DNA from: the human T2T-CHM13v2.0 reference genome, Homo sapiens
Reading direction: 5' to 3' (one strand)
Assembly: GCF_009914755.1 (NCBI RefSeq)
Contig: NC_060942.1
DNA length: 64,000 bases
Every line of letters starts with the position of its first letter. Position 1 is the first letter of the stretch. Shown here piece by piece: positions 47,775 to 59,443 of the stretch. The notes beneath the pieces were generated by a model, which saw nothing but the letters and a program-made list of their open reading frames with translations, did not search any database and was not told the origin of the DNA. The position numbers were made by a program, and so were the translations under genes.

Positions 47775-47985
47775 CTGGAGACAGGCAGCATAGACCTAGT
47801 GCAGGTCCTGGTTGCCCTACACATTAGCTGTGGGCTCTTGGGCAAGTTACTTCACTGAACCTCAGGGTCTCGGCTCCTCATTTATAAAATTGCGTGATAG
47901 TTATACATCATAGGATTGCTGTGAAGATTAAAGGAGATCATGGGTTGTTGATATTTAATAACAAGACAGTGCCTAAAAAGTAAGT
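47775..47985. mobile_element. MIR fragment
   Basis: ttgggcaagttacttcac...ctcatttataaaat...ggattgctgtgaagattaaa. Confidence 0.65.
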
Positions 47986-47990
47986 GCACA

Positions 47991-48332
47991 GGCTGGGCAC
48001 AGTGGCTCATGCCTGTAATCCCAGCACTTTGAGAGGCCAAGGCATGCAGATAGCTTGAGCCCAGGAGTTCAAAACCAGCCTGGGGAACATGGTGAAACCT
48101 CATCTCTACAAAAAAATACAAAAATTAGCCAGGCATGGTAGTCCAAGCTACTCAGGAGAGTGAGGCAGGAGGATCAATTGAGCCTGGGAGGTTGAGGCTG
48201 CAGTGAGCCATGATCATGCCACTGCAGTCCAGCCTGGGCAACAGAACAAGACCGTCTGTCTCTGTCTGTCTGTCTGTGTGTTTGTGTGTATGTGTGTGTG
48301 TGTGTCTCTCTCTACACACACACACACACAGA
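47991..48332 (+). mobile_element. AluJ-like element followed by a (TCTG)n(TG)n(TC)n(CA)n microsatellite
   Basis: Alu consensus to about 48255, then compound repeat. Confidence 0.9.
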
Positions 48333-48747
48333 TACATTCTTAAGCTATTACAATCTTCTTCATTATTTTTATCATTACTATTACTGCTATCAGGACTAAG
48401 AAATATCCTCAGGCATAGACATTTTTTGATCTACAGTCATGAGAATGCCTTGTACAGAGGTTAGGAACCCGTCAAAGCTATTTACAACTATCCTTTCTTA
48501 TTTTAGAAAAACAGCTAAGAGCCTTCTCTTCTTTTGCTATGCCTAAATTTGGGGCAGAATAATATAGAAATCAGTAATAGGAAATTTGATTTAGTACACA
48601 TAGAATTCCCAGAACAGCAGGATAATTGTTCATATTATACAATTGAGTTGGGCGCATTGTAAAGCAGTATGTTATTCTTTCTGTTCCTTACGTCGCTGTT
48701 CAAATGATTCCTGCTCGTTTAAAAAATACTATTTATGTTCCTTATAG

Positions 48748-48801
48748 GTAAACCCATCTAATCACAGACTCCTATTTGAAGTATTTGACGAAAATAGACT
48801 G
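48748..48801 (+). CDS. NEDD4L: C2-domain exon, 54 bp (probably exon 5): VNPSNHRLLFEVFDENRL
   Basis: Acceptor ttccttatag|GTA, donor CTG|gtaagt; C2 FEVFD motif; phase 0/0. Confidence 0.96.
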
Positions 48802-49459
48802 GTAAGTGGATGCCTGTATTTGAATTTTGCTTCATTTTTTTATTAACTGGATTTTCAGAGCAGCGTCTTTAAAACTCTGTGTTTATGTTGTACTTAGGAC
48901 AGTATATGTGCCCAAAAAGAAGACTGTTTTTGTCCCACTACGAGTTTGATGTTCAAAATCCTAACAAATAGTTTTATGTTGCTAGGATAAAAAATGTATT
49001 TGTATGTGTGTGTATTTTTATTGCAGTTAATGTTAACGAAAGCCACTGGTGATAGTACCAGCCCATATGCTCATGCTCTAATGTTGGGAATACAGAACGG
49101 TAGGCAGATCTCTAAAGAGGCCATCAGGAATGTAAACAAACTTTGCTCGGTTTTTAAATGAAAGCCAGACCATAGTACTGGGATGCATTCAGTAGCAAAT
49201 CTATGGTAATTCTCTCAGGGAAAATAACAATCTAATTAACAACGTATAGCAAAAAGTGAATCTACATTTAGCAGGTAAAGTCAAGCCGTATTTTAAAAGT
49301 GGTTGCCTTCTTAAGAGAGAACCTTAGAAAGTACCTTTAAAGAAACAAAGATATGCCTGAGGCATATAACAGATACAAACTAACATTTTATATATAGATT
49401 GATGTATATATAATATGTTTATGAAGATCGACACATACATAACTGAAATAATTATGATT

Positions 49460-49620
49460 TCATTTTATTGTTTTTAATTTTTTTTAGAGAGAGGGTCTCC
49501 CTCTGTCACCCAGGTTGGAGTGCAGTGGTGCAGTCGTAGCTCACTGTAACCTCAAACCCTTGGGCTCAAGCAGGACTCCAGGATAGCTAGGACTACAGGC
49601 ATGAGCCACCATGCCTGGCC
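49460..49620 (-). mobile_element. Alu fragment / monomer
   Basis: gggtctccctctgtcacccagg...gagccaccatgcctggcc. Confidence 0.8.
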
Positions 49621-52239
49621 AGATTTCATTTTAGAAATGGAATTTTTGAAGCACATTTTGCTTTCTTAACTATCTAAAACGTGTACATCAAGTAGCTGTG
49701 AACCAGGTGTTCCAACTATGAAAATGAACACTATCATGTTAAGTCCTTAAGGTACCTTCAGAAGTGACACTATAATTCAGTGCAGTCATTCTCAAATTTA
49801 CCCTCTCTGAAACTTGTATGGTATGTTGACTGGTTAAAAGGTGTTCTTAAGAATCCTTTCTGCAGTATTCAATTGAAACTCCAGATTTTTAATAGCTGGA
49901 CGTTAATAGAATATTTGAATTGGAGGAGCCTTATACAATAACTCATTTAACTCCTGTTGTTGTCGATGAGAAGAACCAGGTCTAGAGCCTTTACATAAAC
50001 ACATCAGTCAGTGGAGGTGCCAGGGTCTGACCTGCTGGCCTCCTAAGTCCCAGCCCAGTGATAGTTTGGGAATGTATTGAATCTCATATGATTAGTATTA
50101 TTCTCCAAAAGAGAAAACTAACAGATTTTGGCCTACCATCCTAGTATCTTTTCCATTAAAGTATGGGATGTTGGGTGATGAACAGTCGTACAGTGTAACT
50201 AAACCACTTTTGTTGTATGCATCAAAGTACTTTCTTGTGAAATTGGATGAGAGATTCTGCTGAGGGTGCAGTTCTTGTCTCTCCATCTCTCATCCAGTGA
50301 GGACCAAGTGAGTTAAGCAGTATTGAGTAGTATAACAGTACGTTCCTGGAGACATGGGTGTGTCTGTAGACTAATCCTTATTCTCCAATTATTGAGTATA
50401 ATATCTCTTGTTTAACATGAGGAAAGGGTCAAATTTGAGGAAAAATGGCCTCTTGTTTGATGTGTTTTAGTTCATTATTCTCTTCTATTAAGAGAAATTC
50501 ACTGTTAAAAAATTGTTTCCCATTTCCGTATCTGAAATAATGACTGTAGTTGAGGTGATCTTGCCCTGGGTCTGAAATCATACTTCCAAACCAAAAAGGA
50601 CTTTGAATACAAAACTTTTAAGAAATCTTGTATGAATACAAGCTATATCTGAAAAATTGTGTTTTATAATATTGATGCCTAGTTTTGCCCCAGGCCATCT
50701 GCAGTGTGGTTACTATGCAAAGAATGCTGGTGTTGCTGTTTTTTTTTTTTTCTTTGTTGGCTATTAACCCAGCGGAGACAATATGTGGCTATGGTAGTAC
50801 TTGGAAGTTCTAGCATTACACAGACTAGCTTCCATTTCTCTCATAGAGGTCATTTTTGGCATTTAAAACACATACTTTTAGAAAACAGATTTGGATGTAT
50901 GTAAACACAGGGTTAATCCACCACACTCTGGATGCTAGAGCTGTTGACAAAGTCATGCTTTGCAGATTTTAAAATAAACTTTTTGTTACTCTTACAGCTT
51001 GGTATTTTCCCCTCCTATTTTTTTTACCTCCTCTAAATAAACCTCTTTGTTAAATAATTGATGTTTCTGGATCATAGAAAATAGTAAGTTTAAAATACAG
51101 AATATTTCCAAGCTAACTACAAATCTGATGACAGTTTTTTGAGTGTGCACTTTTCCTTTTATTTCTTAGGTCCTTTTTGGTCCTTTGCAAACATAGTAAG
51201 ATTCCATATTTGTGTCCCAACTGTGGTAATATTGCTGACTTCTTACTGGAAAACAGTCAGCTCTAGGTAGCATTTCTTCTGTGTGGTATTTAAGTTAAAT
51301 TATTACCAAAAAAAAAAAAAAAAGCCCACATGCACTCCCTTCTTCAATTTTCCTTTTGTTTTTTGTTGTTTGTTTGTTTTTTGGTTGATGTTTTCTTTCC
51401 TACCTGACATATGGAAGACAATGTTTTCTCCAGCTGGGTTCATTTTCTCTTTGAAAAGGAGACACTTTGGTGTCTGCCAGTCATATGTGAGCTACACACA
51501 CGTATACACCTTTTAAATGAAAAATGCTGTGATAGCAGGAGGGCTCTGCTTGGCTAACTGGTTGTGTAGCAAGTCGGGCCCCCTCCCCTCCACTTAGCTA
51601 TTTTGTTACTTGTAGATCCTGCTCTAATTATTTAGCATTAAACGGACACTAACTCTGTAGGGTGTGTAATCGTATTTATAGTACTGTTTTATTAGTTTGC
51701 ATTCCATCCTGGTAGTGTAGTGATGTCATAAATAACAGAAACATGGTATCCGATGCTTGGGAAGGGGTTTACCCGGTGGCCAAGCCATATTTTACTTGTC
51801 ATTATTCCGTGTGGCGGAAGGTGGGAAAATACCGTGTGTGCTGTTAAACATGCCAGGTCCCTGCACTGGTTAGACAGAGTCTCAGTGCTGTGCTCCGTTG
51901 GGAAAGAAGTGCCCTGCGAATGTGATGTGGTTTAGATTTATAGCAGCGTGGCTTGCAGTGTGTTTGCTGCCTTAGTCAGCTGTGAGAGCGCCCTGCTGGG
52001 GCCACTCCTTTCTGATGGAAAAGCAGCAGCTGGGAAGGTGCTGTTTCAGGCTCTTGCTGTTTAAAAAAAAAAAAAAAGAGCGAGTAGGGGAAAACTCCTC
52101 TAAGTCCAGAAGCTGGCATTGGAGGGGGAGAGCGCGGTCATGTGGTTCTGGCCACCCTACCCTCTGTCACAGTGTGGATGAGAGCTTTTTGCTCTTATCC
52201 AATCATGCCTGGAATGCCGCTTGCCACTTGGGTTATTTC

Positions 52240-53560
52240 TGCTATCTGTCGCTCCCGGTGCCGCAGTGCTAACAGTTTGGCAGATGGGACACTTTTTCTT
52301 GGAATTTGTGTCTTTGGTTTGTGACTTCTGGCAGTGTCGGGCCTGTTGTTGCCGCTTGCCCTAGCCCTCCTGGCCCCCCTGGTCACCATGGCCCATCGGC
52401 TTCGGTTTCATTTTGGCTCTGGTCGCAGCAACACAGCCCCCGAATCAGACATCCTAGACCAGGAGAGAGAAGACGACTTCTTCATGGCATTCCACACCCT
52501 ACCGCGGAGAAGCAGCCCGCACCCCTTCGCCCAGAACGGAGGGGAGGACGGCGGCGGAGGCCTGCAGGGAGGCGTGGGTGCGCTTAAGCGGAGCTCGTCC
52601 ATGTTCATCCCGCAGCTCTTGACCAGCATCGACGCCCGCCCCACGTGCAGCTCCTCCGTGCAGATCTCCCTGCAGCGCAAGGCCACGGACGGGGCCACGG
52701 ACGGGTGCGGGCCGCCCGAGGGCGCCGACGATGGGCCTCCATGCGCAACGCCCGACCCCAGGGACCAGGCCTCCGCCACTGCCACCACGAGGGCCTCGCC
52801 CCAGAGTGGCTCCCGGGAGCCCTCGCCGAGGGACACCCCCGGGAGCTCCCCTCCGAGGGCAGCCCGGGACCCAGGGCTCCAGGTCAACGGCACGTGCGGC
52901 CGCCGCGTGCGGTGCTCCGGCCCCGTGGACTGCGCGGAGGAGGCTGCCCCGGGCCTGCGCATCCAGCACCGCGCCTCCAGCGCCGACGTGCGCCAGGTGA
53001 GGCTGCTGCCCCTGGGCCCCGATGGCCAGGGCGGCCCGGCCGCGGCAGAGCCCAGGCGCTGGTCCCTGCAGCACGTTCCAGATGCTTCTGGAAGCTCTGG
53101 GAAGCGGTGTTTTGTCTTCCAGTTGCAGCAGCCCCAACAAGGCGCTTCGGGGCCAGGCAGCGACCTCAACTTTGGCTTCACGGGCACAAAGGGGGACAGG
53201 TTGGTGAGGTATCCTCGCATTCGGCTGGAGAGGAGCACCTCGTACCCCACGCAGCCCCGAAGCGAGCGAGGGAGCCCCACGGAAGATCGGGGAGCCCTGG
53301 AGGCATCGCCTCGAGCTGGCAGGATGGCTCCTGAAATCCGCAGGACGAACTCCGCGGAGAGGACTCCGCAGGGCCAGGGGTGCACATTTAAGATCAGGCA
53401 GGATCAGAACGCGGGGCAGCAGCATTTTAGAATTCTTGTAACCCGGGGGCCGGAAGAAGCTCCCCAGAATCCCGAGGAGAAAAGCGCCAAAAGCCCTGTT
53501 TCCACGGGAGCTGACACCACGGTAAGTTCACAGCGTGTTTACATGTGTTTACTGATTTCA
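52240..53560. promoter_or_regulatory. Intragenic CpG island overlapping the alternative coding exon
   Basis: Abrupt switch to very GC-rich, CpG-dense non-repeat sequence within AT-rich intron. Confidence 0.85.
52388..53521 (+). CDS. NEDD4L: Large alternative first coding exon encoding a 378-aa N-terminal extension (MAHRLRFHFGSGRSNTAP...STGADTT)
   Basis: Kozak context caccATGg; 1134 bp without a stop (378 codons); donor ACG|gtaagt in phase 0, the same phase as the exon ending at 48801; similarity to the recalled NEDD4-1 long N-terminus. Confidence 0.8.
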
Positions 53561-54121
53561 ACTTCGATGCTTACTCTGCGGCGTAACCAAAATAAAACCT
53601 CACCCTCTGTTCCGGGAGTTTCCCTGCTTCAGGCCAGTGGATCTGAATGTTTGGCCGAGTTCTGGCACGATGATTTGTGGTCCAGTGTTTGGTGCGCAAA
53701 ACACCATTTCTGCAAATGTCTTCTGTAGGTCCTCAAAGTCAAAGAACTTTGTCTGTTTGGGAAATCCAAGCAGAATACCTTCCCCCTGCTTTTATTTTTC
53801 TGAATAGAAGAATTTCGAATAAAATTTGTTACTTTAATCTGCCAAAAAACAAGTCAGTGCCCCAACGTGCTGATGTTGGAATTGCATTTAAAAAGCTGCT
53901 TGCAAGTATAGCCTGTGACAATACTTTAAAAATAATCAGTTCTCGGAAAGGGGAGGATATTGCAAAGGACCTCAGTTTCGTCTCTTAATAGTTAAAATAG
54001 GTGAACGTAAAGTTTAGTGGAATTTGATTATCTGTCATGGCCTGTTTGCTGCAGGAGGTCAGGTCAGTCGTTGTTATATAATTTGCTTTGTTTTTTGTCC
54101 CATTAAGTAATACTGAACGAG

Positions 54122-54173
54122 AGTAGTGTCGCTTGTGGGATAGTGACATTACTATCCCACAAGTGACACTGCT
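54122..54173. repeat. Near-perfect inverted repeat (20-23-bp stem, 6-nt loop)
   Basis: agtgtcgcttgtgggatagt / actatcccacaagtgacact, 19 of 20 Watson-Crick. Confidence 0.92.
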
Positions 54174-56820
54174 AAGATACTAACAGATGCGTTTTTAAAG
54201 CACATTGGGTTATGGCCCAAGGCTAGGGGAAACTGATGGGGACTCGTTAATGGTCAGATGGCGTGGCGTGCAATTTAACACTGCACACTTGAGTGTCCAA
54301 GCCGAGGATGCTGTATATAGAATAGTAAGTACCCTGTCTCCAGCTGTGGAGAAATAGACGCCTTAGAACAGATTCTGGCCTTCCTGTTTCTCTGTTCCTG
54401 ATCGCTCCCTTTCAGTGAAATGGAGTACAGAGAGACAGCTGCACGCTCCATCGACCAGGCATATGATGACTCTGCAGCTTTCGTGGTTTAGAGTGGAATG
54501 AAAAGTTTAATCAGTTTGGTTTCTTTTACTAGTAATCACTAGCCAGTGAGTGCTTTCTCCTAAAGAACAAGCTCCTTATATTTTGAATTGGATATTTTTT
54601 CTCCTGAATTTCATGTGACTGCCAGTTTGAGGATATGATTAGTAAATGTCTAGGGGACTTTTCTTTGGATTTCACTTATGAATTGTGATTTTGAAAAGTG
54701 AGCGTCTGAGTATTACTCTAGAATTGTATTGTCTTTTATTGCTTTGTGTTCAGAAATAAGTTTCGTCTTTCAAGTAAACTTTATCACTCCTCCATCATTG
54801 GTTTTCATCATTTTGAAGATACAATCAGATGCTTAATGAAAATTTATTTTTCTTCTTCTCTTTCCTTCCATGTATCTCCTTTCTTTCATTATCTCAAACT
54901 CTTCTATTGGGAAATGGCTAAGTGCTTTGTCTTGGTCTGAACCTATACCATGTATTACACAATGGTACAAATTTTGACAGTGTTTTGATATTATAGTAGC
55001 CTTTAACGCCCACCCCCAACAAATTACCATCATGACAGTTGTAGGCTTTGTTCGGCAACACAATTCCATGCTGAACTTGGACCACTTACCGCATGAAGAT
55101 TGACAAAAATATATTTCCTAAAGTTTGATAACTATTCAATTATATTACCAAAAACTGAAATCACTTTGCAGTTCTGATGTGGAAGACAAAGGGATTCATA
55201 CAATTAAACTCAAAAAAGTTCAAACTCATTTGGTTTGAACTTTCAAATGTAATTAGAAAACAAATCGAATAAACTAAAACTTATGTGTACCTTGCTTAAA
55301 AGGGCTATTCTAACTTGCAAGGCCTATGTAGTGAAAAACAAGTTTCTACACATTTGGAGAATATAAATTCTGGAATAAAGAGCTTTTCTTGGAGAGTAAG
55401 TTCCAACTAGTGAACAGTAGTTTGCATTTTCATATGTATGTATTTTTGTACACATACATAAATTAGTACGTGGTTAGTAAGCTGGTTTTCTTTTAAGCAA
55501 AACGATTTTTCTTTAAAAAACAAAACCAAAAGTGGTCACATAACAAAACCGCCTGCTCCATTCAGCAACTTTGTATGCATTTCATATGGACAGGGGTGTT
55601 AAGTTTAGGCAGCAGCTGCCACCGCCTTACTTATCTTGAAGGAAAACATTCACTTGGGCGTCTACAGTCTGGCTGCTACCAAGCTTTTTTGGCGTTTCAA
55701 ATATCCACTGCTTTGGTCTAAAGGACATTACATTATTAAGTTTACATGAAAAATTAGCTAGAATCTGTTGCAGTTTGGTGGTGGAATGATACGGAAAGTC
55801 TTCCTAGATTTGGGAATACCGCTCGGGATTCATTTGACAACGTGCTCATATTTCATAAGCTATACTTTAGACCTTATTACAAGATTAAGTTGTTGAGTAC
55901 TTTTATCTGTGCCTCCCAAACATCCTGCCATGACTAAATCTAAAATGTAACATGACTCCAAAAAATGTTAACCAACTAAATTATTAGAAAAAATACAGGG
56001 GAAACCCTTGTGATGATAAGTTTTCCACCTGGTTTATCACTGTCAGTAGACAAGAATTCATTCGTATAGTCATCAATTATAATCAGTTAAAAATTTTCAG
56101 AATTGTTAGAATTTACCAATTCAGTCTGTGGCAGTCATTAGTAGTCATTTAGTGAGTAATTTAGTTATTTTCTTATAAATTAGCTTTTGGGTTATTGGGT
56201 TCTGAGCCTCTTAACTGCATTAGAGTTATTCTGAGGAAGTTGGACCACCATTTACCAGCATTTGTGCCCCCTTTGTATGCCATTTTGTGCATAATAACTG
56301 TGAAACTCTGCATTTTACAAGCTTGAGGAGCCAGTTTTCTAATCTCATTGGTGTTATGAAGTACTCAAGGTCTACTGTGTATATAACATTACACCCGTTA
56401 CTTGGAAAGTTTCAGGGACTATCTCAGTGTCTTGCTGACACAGTTTGTAATGTAAACGGAGGGAGGAGGGCCCACCCGGACAAAAGCAGTAATTCTAACA
56501 CCTACTGCATATGCTATTGGAGAAGAGAGCGTTCTTTCAGCTCAAGCTCTCTGGACTTTCCTCTGTGTCCTCTCAGTGGACATGTACTTCACAGGAGTAG
56601 TGTAGTAATCTCTTGTGATTAAAAATTACTTTTATTGAACAACAAAGGAATATCCAAATTCTTTTCATTTGGGGAAACTTTGAGTCTCTTTTACAGAAGA
56701 TGTTTTTAATATACGGCCATTTTTTGACATTAATATTAGTCGATGTCTGTTTTTTACCCTAAAAATAACTCGAGTATCCAATGTATTAACCACCCCTTTA
56801 TTTTAAAACATAACAACACA

Positions 56821-56935
56821 GGAGGCGAAGGTGGGAGGATTGCTTGAGCCCAGTAGTTTGAGATTACTGTTTCTACCACTGCTCTACAGCCTGGGCAGCA
56901 GAACGAGACTTTGTCTCAAAAAAATAAAAATAAAA
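56821..56935 (+). mobile_element. Short Alu fragment
   Basis: ggaggcgaaggtgggaggattgcttgagccc...tctcaaaaaa. Confidence 0.8.
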
Positions 56936-58996
56936 CTTAATATTGTAATGGAGAAGAAAAACAAGTAGCATTCTTTTCATTGACCTGGTTTCTGACTGGA
57001 TTCAATCAACTTTCTTTCTTCTCTCATGTATAGTAATGCTCTCTCTTAATGTGGTCTTAGAATAAACCAATATATATCTTCAAATGTCACCTGTTTTCAG
57101 GGATGTTTTGAAAAGTTGGATAGGCAGTGCACAAGGTTGACACCGATATGTTTGTAAACAGAAACTGTACATGGCTTGCAGCATAGCTCATGTTTCTGTA
57201 GCACTTCACAATTTGAAGAATGCTTTGTTTATTTCACTTAATATGTATGGCTGTCCCATTGTGGAGGCATTATCTCACTTGACCCTCCCATGTGAAATGG
57301 TGTTATTTCACTGTTTCAGATGAAAGGATGTGATACCGTTGTTAGGTGTAATAACATTATGTGTATATCATAGTGTATACTATGATACCACTTTGTGCAC
57401 CTATAATGGGAATGTGTATTTATGTGTGTGTGTATATTTGCACAATTAAAAAGTATATGTTAAGCCAAAAAGCAGTTTAATGCTTCCTGTGATGTGACAG
57501 TTTTTTTGAAAAGTTTAGAGGTGGTAACTTCATTTGGTGTCTTGCAGCACTGGCCTGAAGGTGAGAGAAGGCTTCTTTGGGGATCCAAAGAGCCGTCCTC
57601 TGCAGTTCACTAGCTTTTGGTCCTGGAGTACTTAGACTCCCTCTCTAAGCCTATTCCTCATCAGTAAATTTGAGGATAAAAATGTCCAGCTCGTAGGTTC
57701 ATAGTTAGGTTTAAATGAAAGTGTCCATGGAAGTACCTGATTCGTGAACCAGGTATCTGTAATATACAAGTCTTTCCCCTAGCAGGTTAATTAGGTTAAT
57801 TGTGAACAACCATTTTTTGATCAGTATGGCATTTAACACAAGGACAACATGCATTTATGGCATACCTGGAAATGTTTAATAAATAGCTTTGATGCTCTTT
57901 CTGTTGTCATCTCATCTTTCCTAAGTATTTGTCCCTAACACCAAATACAGTCTTGGAAAAGAATTGCTTCCTGAACTATGCATTATAGAAAAGGACTCGT
58001 AAGTATATTTACTGTGTTGATTTTGAAGCCTTATAACATTTTGGCTTGCATTTCTAGCATATTTTTTACCATGTCATTTTGCTGTAATATTTCCAGTGGT
58101 TGAGTCTACTGTTACTTTGGTATAGACTGAGGCTTTTGAGAAACAATATAGTGTTATATCTACAAAATTTCCACATTGTATGACTTTAAAATGAGGGAGA
58201 TATTTGGGAATATGTCTTATTTTAAGATACTGTCTTTTAGAGAGTTTTCATAAATGGTGCAGCTGCTTCTCTTGGCTAAGCCTGGTGGCAGAATTCCTAG
58301 TCATTGAAATAAATCTCTAATTTTATAATACATACTGATAAGAAACTTGCTATCTTTTCATAAAAGTTCACAGTACCAGAATAAATTTACTTTATGTAAA
58401 AACTACCTTAAAATGTAATAAATGTTGGATAGTTGAATGGTTTCTGGATAGTTGATGAATATTTCTGTATAGTTGAGGCGAATCTAAATGGTAATGCTAC
58501 TTGTGCAACTGTCAATGATCTAGCACATTTTTTAATAAAAATAATTACCTGCATATTACTGTGGGCGATACAGGTTAGCTATCCTAAATACGTTTTTACC
58601 TTTTTAACTCTTAATTATATTAAGCCATTTGCAAGAATGGGAAAAAGCAGGAAATTCATAGGTGGTGTTGAAATTGCTGATTCTACACAAAGGTACCAGA
58701 ATGTCTACATTTCCTCTGTAAATGTCAAAGGAAACTTTGGAAACCCACCTCAGAGTTGGCTGGTGATTATTCGGACAGGTTATCATCCTGTCTGCAACCT
58801 TCTAGTTCTCTTAGTTCATACCAAGCAGCATGATATTCCATGTCCTGCACAAAGGAGAGCACCAAAACAGCCTTCACCTGCTGCGTATGCCCCACTCTGA
58901 ATAAAAAATTAAGAAGGCCAAAGGACGGAATGTGTTAAATATTAGCAAAAGCAGGTATTGCAGAATGTCTATACATTTCTGGGCAGGTGGAGATTA

Positions 58997-59443
<447 letters not shown>

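Noticed and set aside
48291-48330. (TG)n/(CA)n fold-back
   Set aside because: Simple-repeat complementarity within an Alu-associated microsatellite.
52408-53425. Antisense ORFs (325 and 308 aa) and shifted + frames (229 aa and shorter)
   Set aside because: Shadow ORFs expected in very GC-rich DNA; only the 52388 frame combines a Kozak ATG, an in-phase donor and paralog-like motifs.
57366-57387. 9-bp-arm palindrome tatcatagt-gtat-actatgata
   Set aside because: Short and AT-rich; too weak to interpret alone.
58433-58900. 155-aa ORF as a possible next NEDD4L exon
   Set aside because: Does not contain the expected TRDDFLGQ continuation; I did not find that exon in the window.
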